Notes: generated by a model from the letters alone, not told the origin. Positions 1 to 11,550 are shown, counted from the stretch's first letter. The stretch is DNA of 64,000 nt from Nitrospirota bacterium (GCA_963845245.1 CAWJRJ010000017.1:227291-291290), one strand, 5' to 3'. Translations and numbers: made by a program.

Positions 1-2958
1 TCAGAGATCTCGGTCAGTTCAGCGGTCGTGTTCTGGGCATACCTGCGGGCCTCCTTCTCGAACCTCGCAAGCGGGTGGCCTGTGATGTAGAACCCGATGG
101 TCTCTTTCTCGTAGGCAAGCAGGTCGCCTTCGTTCCATTCAGGGATATCCGGGTATTCGTCGCCCGGACCTGAGCCATCCTGCCCTCCGAGCATATCGAA
201 CATCGATGTCTGTCCTGCCTGGCGCTCCCTTGCCGTCTTGCCGCCGTCTTCCATCGCATTCTCAAGGACGGCGGCCATCTTTGAACGCGACACGCCCGTG
301 GAGTCGAACGCCCCGCATTTTATCAAGCCCTCCATCACCCGCTTGTTGACCTTGCGGAGATCGACCCTGCGGCAGAAATCATTTATTGAGGAGAAAGGCC
401 CGCCATTTACGCGCTCCTCTATTATCACCTCGATTGCGGAGTGACCTACGTTTTTGACGGCAGCAAGTCCGAAAAGGATGGTGCCGTTGCTTACCGAGAA
501 GTTGGCGAACGATTTGTTGACGTCCGGTGGCAAGACCGATATCTCCATCTTGCGGCAGTCGGATATGTACTTGACTATCTTGTCCGTGTTGTCCATTTCA
601 GACGAAAGCAGCGCTGCCATGAATTCAACGGTGTAGTGCGCCTTCAGGTAGGCAGTCTGGTATGTGATCATGGCGTAGGCGGCGCTGTGCGACTTGTTGA
701 AGCCGTATTCAGCGAACTTCGCCATCAGGTCGAACACGCTTTCAGCCTTAGCGAGCGGTATCTTCCTCTCCACCGCCCCCTTTACAAAGGCCTCCTTCAT
801 CTTCTCCATCACCTCTGGCTGCTTTTTGCCCATCGCCTTCCTGAGCGTGTCCGCCTGACCGAGAGTAAACCCGGCAAGCTTGACGGCGATCCGCATGACC
901 TGTTCCTGATAGACTATTACGCCGTAGGTCTCCTTCAGGATATCCTCAAGCTGCGGGAGGTCGTACTTTATCGGGATGATACCGCGTTTGCGTTTTATGA
1001 AGTCGTCCACCATCCCTGAGTTAAGCGGACCGGGGCGATAAAGCGCGTTTATCGCGATGATGTCCTCGAACACACCCGGCTTCATGCGCATCAGGACGTC
1101 GCGCATGCCTGAGGATTCGAACTGGAACACACCGTCGGTATCGCCCGCGCCCAGCAGATCATATGTTGCTTTGTCCGGCTCGTCAAGCTTGAGGGAAGAC
1201 AATTCCAGCGGCTTTTCCCCTGGCTTCAGGTTGCCGTTTATAATCTTGACGGCGTTGTCGATCACCGTGAGCGTGCGAAGGCCGAGGAAGTCGAACTTGA
1301 CCAGCCCTATCTTCTCTATCTCGTCCTTCGCATATTGGGTAACTATTTCACCGTTCGTGTCCCTGTAAAGCGGAGTGTAGTTCGTGAGCGGCTCTTCCGA
1401 TATGACCACGCCCGCAGCGTGTTTCGATGCGTGACGCGTAAGGCCCTCCAGCACCCTTGCCGTCTCGAACACCTCGGCCATCTTGGGGTCGGATTTTACG
1501 ACCTCTTTGAGCCTGGGCTCCTGGTTTATGGCCTCGTCAAGCGTGATCTTGAGGGTATCCGGGACGAGCTTCGCTACTTTGTCTACGTCGCCGTACGGAA
1601 TGTCCATCACCCGGCCCACATCTCTTATCACGCCCTTCGCCAGCATCGTGCCGAAGGTTATTATCTGGGAAACGTGGTCCTCGCCGTACTTTTCACGGAC
1701 GTATGTTATAACTTTGTCCCTCTTGTCCATGCAGAAGTCGATGTCTATATCCGGCATGGATATGCGTTCCGGGTTCAAGAACCGCTCGAACAGCAGGTCG
1801 TAGGGCAGCGGGTTGATGTCCGTTATCTCAAGAGACCAGGCCACTATGCTGCCGGCCGCCGAGCCTCTGCCCGGCCCCACGGGTATATCCTGTTCCTTGG
1901 CATACCGTATAAAGTCCCACACTACAAGGAAGTATCCCGGGAACCCCATCGATTCTATTATCTTAAGTTCTGTGGCCAGCCGTTCATGGTATGGGGCATG
2001 GTCCCCTGATATGTTTTTAAGACGCTTTTCAAGGCCTGATTTCGCCTTCTCTTCAAGGTACGATTCTCTTGTATAGCCATCCGGAACTACATACTGCGGC
2101 AGGTGGTACTCGTCGAACTTCAGCTTGAGGTTGCAGCGCTCCGCTATCTTGACTGTGTTTGCGAGCGCCTCGGGGTAAAACTCGAAGGCCGAGTGCATCT
2201 CCTGCGGCGACTTGAAGTAGAACTCATCGGTGGTGAAGCGCATCCTGTTCGGGTCGCTCATCGTCTTGCCGGTCTGTATGCAAAGCAGCGCCTCGTGCGC
2301 CCGTGCGTCGCTGCGTTTAAAATAGTGACAGTCAGACGTGGCAACCAGCGGGATGTTAGTATCCTCGGATAGCCGGACCAGGAGTTCGTTCAGCTTTTTC
2401 TGCTCTTCCAGCCCGTTGTCCTGGATCTCCAGGTAGAAGTTGTCTGCGCCAAGTATATGCCTGTATTCGAGCGCGGCGTCCCGGGCACCGTCTATGTCGC
2501 CCCTGAGCAGCAGCCCAGGCACCTCTCCCTTCAGACAGGCGGAAAGCCCTATGAGCCCGCCCGAATACTGAGCGAGCACGTCCTTGTCTATGCGGGGCCT
2601 GTAGTAGAAACCCTCGGTATAGCCGATGCTTACAAGCCGCATCAGGTTACGGTAGCCGTCGTCGTTCCTGGCCAGCAGCACGAGGTGGTTTGCGGCGTCC
2701 GAGGCCCCGGTGGCGGCTTTTGTCGGTGCGGCTGCCCTTTGCCACATACATCTCGCAGCCGATGATAGGCTTTATGCCTGCCTTTTCGGCCTTCTGGTAG
2801 AACTCTATCGCCCCGAACATGTTGCCGTGGTCGGTAATGGCGAGGGCGGGCATACCGAATTCCTTGGCCTGCTTTACCAGGTCGGATATCTTGTTTGCCC
2901 CGTCGAGGAGGCTATACTGTGTATGTAAATGCAGGTGTACGAAGTCGCTATGGTGCAT
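1..2958 (-). CDS. dnaE: DNA polymerase III alpha subunit; 3' end runs off the window, frameshift near 2710
   Basis: N-terminus [16 protein letters not shown]...AITDHGN; manual reverse translation gives [27 protein letters not shown] and [14 protein letters not shown]. Confidence 0.97.
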
Positions 2959-3101
2959 TTTGCGGAAAGCTCCAGTCTCAATAAATGGGAAGTATATTTA
3001 TAACCCATTTCAGTAAGTTTTACAAGGGCTGGCTTTTCCGTTATAAATAATAGATTGACAACCGCCCGGAATTGAAAGAAAATTGCGTTAATTGCGAGGG
3101 T

Positions 3102-3605
3102 ATGATGTCTACTGGCGAGGATAAATCGATATCCGGCCTGAAAGGCTCGTCGCTTTTCTCATATTTCAGTGTAGAAGAGTTTGAGATGGTAGCCGGGATG
3201 GTCAGGAGGAAGCAGTACAAAAAAGGCGAACTCATCTTCCGTGAGGGTGAGGAGGGCGAGGAACTGTTCCTTGTTGAAGAAGGGAAAGTGGCAATAAGCA
3301 AGCCGGTACAAGGCAACTTGGAGCAGGTGCTTGCGCACCTGGGTCCCGGAGACCATTTCGGCGAGATGGCCATACTGGAGAAGATCCCCCGCACTGCTTC
3401 CGCCTCTGCGGAGGAAAATTGCCTTTTGCTTGTGATAAGCGAGGACGACCTCCTGCGCATGATGGAAGAGCACCCCAAGGCCGCCGCAAAGATAATGTTC
3501 AACCTGCTTCGCACGTTTAGCGCCCGCCTTAAGGCCACGAACGAGCAGGTCCGCGAGGCCGTCCGCTGGGGCCTTGAGGCCACTGGATACCATGTGGAGG
3601 GCTGA
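3102..3605 (+). CDS. Stand-alone cyclic nucleotide-binding (Crp/Fnr-type cNMP) domain protein without an evident HTH
   Basis: IFREGEEGEELFLVEEGKV...GDHFGEMAIL...PRTASA; ATG at 3102 is in frame with track ORF 3072..3605. Confidence 0.9.
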   Translation: MMSTGEDKSISGLKGSSLFSYFSVEEFEMVAGMVRRKQYKKGELIFREGEEGEELFLVEEGKVAISKPVQGNLEQVLAHLGPGDHFGEMAILEKIPRTASASAEENCLLLVISEDDLLRMMEEHPKAAAKIMFNLLRTFSARLKATNEQVREAVRWGLEATGYHVEG

Positions 3606-4561
3606 TGGCCGATACCATAAACAGGCGTCTTGAGGCCGTCTCAAAAAAGTATGATGCATTTATAACAGGTCTTCCCGAGCCTATGAAGGCCCTGGCAGAG
3701 AGCCTCTCACTGGCCGTTGCGCATGGCTGCAAAAACCCCGTGCAGTATTACGGCGCGGAGGAGTCATACCCTCTGCTTCGCTTTCCGCTGTGGTTGGAGG
3801 ATAAATACGTTTCCGAAGGTTTGCTGACCGGCAAAGAGGGGTATGGCATCGAAGTCGCGGCCGCGTCGCTATTTGGCTATCTCTACATCAGGGTCCAGGA
3901 CAACGTACTGGACGAGCCGGAACTTTTCAACCCGTCATACCTCCTGCTCGGGAACGAACTTGTAAGGGAATTCTTCCAGACATACCATCGCCTTTTTCCT
4001 CCTGATTCCAGGTTTTGGGGCCATTTCCAACAGTACTGGCTTGGAACTTCCAACAACACATTGCTGGAGCGGCTGGAGCGTGGAGGCCGGATAAAAGATT
4101 TTACTTCCGACGACCTGAATAAGGCAGGAGGTAAGCTTGATGGGGCCAAGATATCGATGGCTGCCATGTGCATACTTGCAGGGCGGGACGATGACATGGT
4201 GCGGTACGGAGAATCTTTTGACCGCATAAATGTCGCCAGCCAGCTTCATAACGACGCAGTTTCGTTTATCAAAGACCTGAAACACGACTATTTCACCTGC
4301 ATAATAGTGGACGCTGTCGGCGGGAGCGAAGCCGCTTTTGAGAAAGAAGACATTATCCCAAATGCCAGCCTGAAGGCCCTTACCGGAAATCTAATAGAGG
4401 ACTGGCTAGAATATTCCGCGGTAGTCAATAAAGACGCACTCAAGGTGCTTTCTAAAGACCCCTTGCCGGGCCTTGAAAAGTACGTAAAGGCAAAGAACGC
4501 GCACCTGTTTGAACTCATGGCTGAGATTCAGAAAATAAAGAAAGAGCTCCTTTCCATTTGA
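3605..4561 (+). CDS. Class I isoprenoid synthase/terpene-cyclase-fold protein (ComQ-like prenyltransferase candidate)
   Basis: Two acidic metal-binding-type motifs, YIRVQDNVLDE and SQLHNDAVSFIKD (NDxxSxxxD); helical character; start overlaps upstream stop. Confidence 0.6.
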   Translation: MADTINRRLEAVSKKYDAFITGLPEPMKALAESLSLAVAHGCKNPVQYYGAEESYPLLRFPLWLEDKYVSEGLLTGKEGYGIEVAAASLFGYLYIRVQDNVLDEPELFNPSYLLLGNELVREFFQTYHRLFPPDSRFWGHFQQYWLGTSNNTLLERLERGGRIKDFTSDDLNKAGGKLDGAKISMAAMCILAGRDDDMVRYGESFDRINVASQLHNDAVSFIKDLKHDYFTCIIVDAVGGSEAAFEKEDIIPNASLKALTGNLIEDWLEYSAVVNKDALKVLSKDPLPGLEKYVKAKNAHLFELMAEIQKIKKELLSI

Positions 4562-5715
4562 CCATGCCAGAAGCAAAAATCGAACTCCTTGTACGGGAGA
4601 AGGGTCAGGACGGCTTCAGTATAAAAGAAGTCCCTGGCAGTCATGCCTACGCCGGCTATCGGCCTGCCAGGATCTCGACGGAAAAATGTGAGCAGTCTGA
4701 GAACGTCTCGCCGCTGGATGGGAAAAAATACTATATTCTGAAGGCAGACGGTTGTCCTGATTATGTCTCTCTTAATGAGAGGGAGTTCTTTATATGGAAC
4801 CTCATGGACGGTAAAAGGGACGTAAGGGGTATAATGACGGAGCTCTTCTATACATATGGAAGCCTTGACGCCGATGCGCTAAAGGGTTTGATAGGGAGGC
4901 TGAAGGGGGCAGGGTTGGTAAGGGTTGTTCCTGCCTCCAGGCTCAGGGTAGCCATGGAGAGTTCTCAGAGTTCCATTTCTCAACTACTAAGGATTGAGGA
5001 TCCGGATGGCTGGGTAACCAAGGTTTATGACAAGGGCGGATTTGTCCTCGTCAACAGGTTCATGGTAGTGTTCTATTTTATCCTGGCGGCACTGGGGCTC
5101 GCAGTATTTGGCAACTACCAGAATGTCGGGAAGTTACCTTATCATCAGTTTGTTAAACATCCGTTTACATCCGTGACCGCGTTAATAGCCAGCATTATCC
5201 TGATTACATTCGTGCACGAACTATTTCATGCGATGGCCTGCAAAAAATTTGGACGCAGGGTAAACGGTTTTGGTTTCGCGCTGTCAGACGGGTTCTACCC
5301 GAATGTGTACACGGATGTGTCGGACATGTATCTGGCATCGAGGAAAGAGCGCTTCTTTGTGTCGCTGTCCGGCCCGCTTTCAACCGTGGCTCTGGCGGCA
5401 GCCATGTTCATGCCGGTGCTTGTGTTTCCAGGCCAAAAGTGGGCTGAACTTTTTTATGAGATGGGAAGGTTCAACCTGCTGATAGGTCTTGTGACGGTCT
5501 ATCCTTTTCAGTTCCTGAAGATGGACGGATACTACATGCTCGTAGACCTGCTGGGGTTTCCTAATCTGCGGGAACGTTCGGTATCTTTCCTGAAAAACCT
5601 GCCTTCGCATATTTCCTCTGGTAAGCCTTTTGCACGCCGCGAATGGGTGATGTTTTTTTACCTGATTTTTTCGCTCCTTTCAACCATAGGTTTTGTCCTG
5701 TATTCCGTCTATTAG
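4558..5715 (+). CDS. PqqD/RRE-domain site-2 (M50) intramembrane zinc peptidase
   Basis: RRE-like YYILK...Y.SLNEREFFIWNLMDGKRDV...LIGRLKGAGL; HELFH in a TM helix; SLSGP and KMDGYY motifs. Confidence 0.85.
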   Translation: MTMPEAKIELLVREKGQDGFSIKEVPGSHAYAGYRPARISTEKCEQSENVSPLDGKKYYILKADGCPDYVSLNEREFFIWNLMDGKRDVRGIMTELFYTYGSLDADALKGLIGRLKGAGLVRVVPASRLRVAMESSQSSISQLLRIEDPDGWVTKVYDKGGFVLVNRFMVVFYFILAALGLAVFGNYQNVGKLPYHQFVKHPFTSVTALIASIILITFVHELFHAMACKKFGRRVNGFGFALSDGFYPNVYTDVSDMYLASRKERFFVSLSGPLSTVALAAAMFMPVLVFPGQKWAELFYEMGRFNLLIGLVTVYPFQFLKMDGYYMLVDLLGFPNLRERSVSFLKNLPSHISSGKPFARREWVMFFYLIFSLLSTIGFVLYSVY

Positions 5716-5771
5716 CCATTTTCCTGTTTTAGTGTTAAAATTATAATGTAAAAAGCAAATGGAGGTGGAGT

Positions 5772-6152
5772 ATGAGAAAAACTCTGATTCTGGCTTTGGC
5801 CATTTTTGTAACTGCGATGGTAGGCCTTACCATGGTGCCGGTCGCAAAGGCCGATGATTCGTCAATGTCCATGGTCGGGTATATTATAGACACAAAGTGC
5901 GCCACGGCCAACCAGGCCAAGCTTGCCGAGTTCGCACCTACGCATCCGAAGGAATGCGCAATGTTGCCGGATTGTCACAAGAGCGGCTATAACCTTTACA
6001 CTGATGGAAAGCTTTACAAGTTCGATAGCGAATCCAGTGAAAAGGTATATTCGTTCCTCGAGAAGGCCGACAGCACACTCCATGTAAAGGCCGATGTCGT
6101 ACACGGAGAAGGTGACATGGTGAAGCTGGTTTCGATTTCCAATGCCGAGTGA
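5772..6152 (+). CDS. Exported small protein with Cys/His cluster, function unknown
   Basis: GGAGG RBS, signal peptide ending AKA, GYIIDTKC...HPKECAMLPDCHKSGY. Confidence 0.8.
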   Translation: MRKTLILALAIFVTAMVGLTMVPVAKADDSSMSMVGYIIDTKCATANQAKLAEFAPTHPKECAMLPDCHKSGYNLYTDGKLYKFDSESSEKVYSFLEKADSTLHVKADVVHGEGDMVKLVSISNAE

Positions 6153-6176
6153 TAAGTAACTGATGGTAAAGCTTTC

Positions 6177-6210
6177 AAGGCCCCGTCCCACAAAGGCGGG
6201 GCCTTTTTCT
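6177..6210 (+). terminator. Rho-independent terminator
   Basis: aaggccccgt-cccacaaag-gcggggcctt followed by a T tract. Confidence 0.8.
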
Positions 6211-6242
6211 TGCCGCTAGCTTGCCATTCCAGGGTTTTTTCG

Positions 6243-6271
6243 TTGACAAAGGCCATGTCGAGTGATTTAAT
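6243..6271 (+). promoter_or_regulatory. Sigma70-type promoter for lipA
   Basis: TTGACA-N17-TTTAAT with TG extended -10. Confidence 0.65.
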
Positions 6272-6301
6272 ATAACTTTTTCAACGAGATAAGCTTGCTT
6301 A

Positions 6302-7162
6302 ATGGAACAGAGAATACCCGCCTGGGCGCGGAAAAAATATAACATAGGCGAGCTGGCGGCCGTCAAGTCAAAGCTTCGCGAGCTGGGGCTCAATACCGTC
6401 TGTGAGTCCGCGCGTTGCCCCAATATAGGGGAGTGTTTCAAGAAGCCTACCGCGACCTTCATGATCCTGGGCGACACCTGCACCAGAAAATGCAGGTTCT
6501 GCGCCGTCGGGAAGGGGCTGCCCCGCCCGGTAGACCCCGGGGAGCCGGCACACATTGCCGAAGCAGTTAAACTGCTCGGACTGAAACATGCCGTCATTAC
6601 GTCTGTTACCAGGGACGACCTCCCGGACGGCGGGGCTGGCCAGTTTGCAAAGGTAATTAGTTTGTTAAGGGGCGAATTCCCGGGGCTTGCGGTCGAGGTC
6701 CTGACGCCGGATTTCGGCGGCTCTGAGGAATCGATCAGTATGGTTATTGCGGCCGGGCCGCACATATTCAACCACAACGTCGAGACCGTGCCGGGGCTGT
6801 ATAAAAGGGTGAGGCCGCAGGCGGTGTACGAACGTTCGCTTGCCGTCCTCAGGATGGCGAAGGATATTGACGGCAAGGTATATACCAAGTCTGGCCTGAT
6901 GGTGGGGCTGGGCGAGAAGGAAGAAGAGGTCCTGGCTGTGATGAGGGACCTGAGGGAAGCTGGTTGCAGCATCCTGACTATAGGCCAGTACCTTAGGCCG
7001 ATGAAGGAGAACCTTGAGGTAACCGAGTATGTCCGCCCCGAGGTCTTTGAACGTTACGCCGAGGCCGCGCGGGGATACGGGTTCCTATCCGTCGCCTCTT
7101 CAAGCTTTGTCAGGAGTTCTTATAACGCCGGGGAAATCTATGAAAAGATTTCCGCAGGCTGA
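6302..7162 (+). CDS. lipA: Lipoyl synthase
   Basis: [27 protein letters not shown]. Confidence 0.97.
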   Translation: MEQRIPAWARKKYNIGELAAVKSKLRELGLNTVCESARCPNIGECFKKPTATFMILGDTCTRKCRFCAVGKGLPRPVDPGEPAHIAEAVKLLGLKHAVITSVTRDDLPDGGAGQFAKVISLLRGEFPGLAVEVLTPDFGGSEESISMVIAAGPHIFNHNVETVPGLYKRVRPQAVYERSLAVLRMAKDIDGKVYTKSGLMVGLGEKEEEVLAVMRDLREAGCSILTIGQYLRPMKENLEVTEYVRPEVFERYAEAARGYGFLSVASSSFVRSSYNAGEIYEKISAG

Positions 7163-7202
7163 CTATTTCGCAGTTTTTATTTTTTGATTAAACGGAGGAG
7201 AA

Positions 7203-8376
7203 ATGTTCGATTTTCCCAGGATAAAGCGTCTTCCGCCCTATATCTTCGGAATCACCACCCAGATGAAGATGGAGGCGAGGAAGAGGGGCGAGGACATAAT
7301 CGATTTCGGCATGGGCAACCCCGACATGGGGACCCCCCAGCATATAGTCGACAAACTGGTCGAGGCCGCCTATAACCCCAAGAACCACCGCTATTCCGCC
7401 AGCAAGGGCATACCCAAGCTGCGCTCTGCAATCACCGACTGGTACAAGCGCAGGTACAACGTTGACCTGAACCCGGACACCGAGGCCATAGCCACGATGG
7501 GCGCGAAGGAGGGGCTTTCGCACCTGGCCCTTGCCACCATCGAGCCGGGCGATGTGGTGCTGTCACCCTCGCCGGCGTACCCGATACATCCGTATTCGGT
7601 GATAATCGCGGGCGGCGAGGTCAGGCACATACCCATCACACAAGACTCCGACTTCTTCGAAGACATGATGGTCGCGTTCAGGCAGACATGGCCCGCGCCG
7701 AAGATGCTCATAATAAGCTTCCCGAGCAACCCCACGACAGCCGTGGTGGACCTTGCGTTCTTTGAGAAGGTTGTCGCGTTCGCAAAGGAACACAACGTTA
7801 TGGTCGTTCACGACCTGGCCTATGCGGACCTCGTGTTCGACGGGTACAAGGCCCCGAGCTTCCTTCAGGTGCCGGGCGCAAAGGACGTCGGCGTCGAGTT
7901 CTTCTCCATGTCCAAAAGCTACAACATGCCCGGTTGGCGCGTGGGTTTCTGCTGCGGCAACCGCGAGATAGTCGGTGCGCTCACAAAGATAAAGAGCTAC
8001 CTCGACTACGGGATGTTCCAGCCGATACAGATAGCGTCCATCATCGCACTCAACGGCCCACAGGACTGCGTGCAGGAGATATTGCGAGACGTACCGCTCC
8101 CGCCGCGACTGCCTGGTGGACGGGCTGTCAAAGGTCGGCTGGGAAATGCCAAAGCCCAAGGCGACGATGTTCGTCTGGGCGCCTATACCCGGCAAGTTCA
8201 AGCACATGGGCTCGCTTGAGTTCTCGAAGATGCTGATTGAGAAGGCCAAGGTCGCGGTCTCGCCCGGCATTGGCTTCGGAGACTACGGCGACGGCTATGT
8301 ACGCTTTGCGCTGATCGAGAACGAGCACAGGACGCTGCAGGCAATCAAGGGCATAAAGAAGGCGCTGGGCGAATAA
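7203..8376 (+). CDS. alaC: PLP-dependent class I aminotransferase (AlaC-like); frameshift near 8085
   Basis: [26 protein letters not shown]-terminus continues in ORF 8116..8376. Confidence 0.85.
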
Positions 8377-8379
8377 ATC

Positions 8380-9691
8380 ATGAAAAAGAAAATCAACGTT
8401 GGTCTCATAGGTCTGGGTACGGTCGGCGGGGGAGTCGTAAAGCTTCTGCGTGACAATGCCGACGTTATCACCCGCAGGCTGGGTATCCCGGTGGAACTGA
8501 AGGCGGCGGCAGACCTCGACGAGTCCCGCGCGAAGGCGCTGAAGCTCGGCAAGGGTATCTACACCAAGGACGCCTACAAGATAATAAACGACCCGGATAT
8601 CGATGTCGTCGTCGAGCTTATTGGCGGTTACAACCCGGCCAAGGCATTCATCCTCGAAGCGCTGAAGAACAAGAAGCCGGTCGTCACCGCAAACAAGGCG
8701 CTGCTCGCGATGCACGGCGAGGAGCTGTACCGCGCGGCATCCAAGGCTGGCACTTCAATCGGGTTTGAGGCGAGCGTCGGAGGCGGCATCCCGATTATCG
8801 GAGCGATAAAGCAGGGTCTTGCGGCAAACGACATACAGTCCATATACGGCATAATAAACGGGACGTCGAACTTCATACTTACGAAGATGACGGACGAGGG
8901 CCGCAACTTCGGCGAGGTGCTCAAAGAGGCGCAGGCACTTAGGATATGCGGAGGCCGACCCGACCTTCGACGTGGAGGGCATAGACCCGGCACACAAGCT
9001 CGCGGTGCTTGCCAACATTGCGTTCGGCACGCCTGTGAAGTTTGAGGACATATACACCGAGGGCATATCCGGCATAAAGCCTGAGGACATAGAATATGCG
9101 CGCGAGTTCGGCTACAAGATAAAGCTGCTCGCCATCGCGAAGCTGGTGGACGGCGAAGTAGAGGCCAGGGTGCACCCGACGATGCTGCCGGACCACTACC
9201 TGCTTGCAAAGGTTGACGGCGTGTTCAATGCGATCTATGTTGTTGGTGATGCACTCGGCCCTGCGATGTTTTACGGACGCGGCGCGGGTGACATGCCCAC
9301 AGCCAGCGCGGTAGTCTCGGACATAATGGATATCGCCCGCGACATGATACACTGCTCGCACAACCGCATGCCCGCGCTAGGCTTCAGGCCCGAAGGCCGC
9401 AAGCCCATGAAGATAATGCCGATAGGCAATGTGCGCTGCAAGTACTACATACGCTTCGCGGCGCTCGACAGGCCGGGCGTGCTTTCCACCATCTCCGGCA
9501 TACTCGGCAGGCACGACATAAGTATCGAGTCTGTGATACAAAAGGGCAGGGGTACCGAGAACGCGGTGCCGATCGTCGTTATGACGCATGAGGCGGTCGA
9601 GAAGAATCTGAGAAGTGCGCTTGCAAAGATAGACAAGCTTGACGTGATATCCGACAAGACCGTGGTTATAAGAGTCGAGAGTGGTGAGTAA
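8380..9691 (+). CDS. hom: Homoserine dehydrogenase with C-terminal ACT domain; frameshift near 8940
   Basis: GLGTVGGG, VVTANKA, FEASVGGGIP, GRGAG..PTASAV, DRPGVL. Confidence 0.95.
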
Positions 9692-9694
9692 ACT

Positions 9695-9791
9695 GTTACT
9701 TTCTTTTCAGGTGAAAAGAAAGTAACCAAAGAAAAACCGATTTTTAATATTAATTTTCTTTGCCCCACTTTCTTTTTCAAAAGAAAGCGGG
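9695..9791. repeat. Pair of related palindromic REP-like units in inverted orientation
   Basis: gttactttcttttca-ggt-gaaaagaaagtaac-caaagaaaa (9695-9735) and ttttctttg-ccccactttctttttcaaaagaaagcggg (9754-9791). Confidence 0.7.
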
Positions 9792-9815
9792 AAGAAGTTT
9801 TAAGGAGAATTTAAA

Positions 9816-10891
9816 ATGGCCTGGAAAGGTATTATAGAGGAATACAGGGAGTTCCTGCCGGTAACGGAAAAGACGCCGGTAGTGACACTGCTGGAAGGAA
9901 ACACGCCGCTTGTCCGCACGAAGAACCTGGCGCAGGCGATAAACCCGAAGCTTGACATTTACCTGAAGTTCGACGGGGCGAACCCGACCGGCTCCTTCAA
10001 GGACCGCGGCATGACGATGGCCATATCGAAGGCGGTCGAGGCAGGCAGCAACGCCGTGATATGCGCCTCCACCGGCAACACCTCCGCCGCAGCTGCGGCA
10101 TACGCGGCGCGCGCCGGGATAAAGGCGTTCGTCCTGATACCGGAGGGCAAGATAGCGCTCGGCAAGTTGGCCCAGGCCATGATGCACGGCGCGAAGGTTA
10201 TACAGGTTGAGGGCAACTTCGACGAGGCGCTGAAGATCGTCCGTGAGATCTCGGACAAATACCCCATCACCCTCGTCAACTCTGTCAACCCGTACAGGAT
10301 AGAAGGCCAGACCTCGGCCGCATACGAGATATGCGATGCGCTGGGCGGCCCGCCCGACTTCCACTCGCTCCCCGTGGGCAACGCCGGAACATCAGGGTAC
10401 GGAAGGGGTATAAATGCGCGTACTGGAAGGGGTATAACAATTACAAGAACGCGGGCAAGATAAACTCGCTGCCGATAATGACCGGATTCCAGGCCGCTGG
10501 CGCGGCCCCGATAGTGCTTGGGCATCCGGTAGAGAAGCCGGAGACGATCGCCACCGCGATACGCATAGGCAACCCGGCCTCCTGGAAGACGGCGGTAGCC
10601 GCAAGGGACGAGTCCGGCGGCCTTATAGACATGGTGACGGACGAGGAGATACTTGAGGCCTACAGGCTGGTCGCGGCGAAGGAAGGCATATTCTGCGAGC
10701 CCGCATCCGCCGCATCCATCGCGGGTGTGATAAAGTTAAACAAGGCGGGTTACTTCAAGGGCGCCGCACGCATCGTCTGCACCCTCACCGGGCACGGCCT
10801 GAAGGACCCGGACACCGCGATAAAGGTCTCCGAGAAGCCGATAAGCGTCAAGGGCACTCTGGCAGAGGTTGTCGGTATCCTTGGGTACTAG
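9816..10891 (+). CDS. thrC: Threonine synthase; local consensus error at 10385-10437
   Basis: [39 protein letters not shown]. Confidence 0.95.
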
Positions 10892-10899
10892 GCCGGTGC

Positions 10900-11550
10900 A
10901 TGCTTAAGAGAATTATACTGGCCCTCGCGGTGCTTGTCCTTTCTGCCGGTACGGTGTTTGCGGATATGGCTTCAGACAAGCAACTCATTGAGGCCGCGCG
11001 CACCGGCAAGGCCGGAGTTAGTGAAAAGCCTCATCAAAAAAGGCGCAAACGTAAATTACAAAGACGCTGATGGCGCGACCGCTCTGATACGCGCCGTGGT
11101 GAATAACAAAAAAGATGTCGTAAAGGTCCTGCTCGATTCCGGGGCGGACGTGAACATCAAGGACAAGGACGGTTCCACTGCCCTGATGGGTGCGGCCCTG
11201 AACGGGTTTACTGACTACGCCCGAATGCTTGATGCAGAAGGGCGCGGACGTGAACGCGAAGGCCAACGAGGGCGAGACCGCGATTATATATGCCGCCGTG
11301 CTCGGACATACAGATATCGTCCGGCTACTTGCTCGACAAAGGCGCGGACGTGAACGCCAAGAATAATTCTGGCGTGACCGCTCTTATGAGCGCTGCGTAC
11401 GCCGGACAGGCGGATTCCGTTAAGGCGCTGCTTGAAAGAAAGGCGAACGTGAACCTCAAGGATTCGTCTGGCAACACGGCGCTGTCCCTCGCAAAAAAGA
11501 AAGGCAAGAAAGACGTTTTGAGCCTCTTATCAAATGCAGGTGCAAAATGA
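10900..11550 (+). CDS. Exported ankyrin-repeat protein; several frameshifts
   Basis: ATG 10900 gives signal peptide MLKRIILALAVLVLSAGTVFA; repeated GADVN.KD.DG.TALM units in ORFs 10934.. and 11290.. Confidence 0.85.

Noticed and set aside
2690..2730. Programmed frameshift or split dnaE
   Set aside because: No slippery site or intein motif was seen; it matches the window-wide indel noise
238..2928. Many overlapping ORFs opposite dnaE, and similar antisense ORFs throughout
   Set aside because: Shadow ORFs of real genes in GC-rich coding DNA, with no recognisable motifs
10385..10437. Tandem gtac(t)ggaaggggtataa duplication inside thrC
   Set aside because: It disrupts the conserved GNAGNI.AYWKG motif and looks like a consensus stutter, not a biological repeat or recoding site
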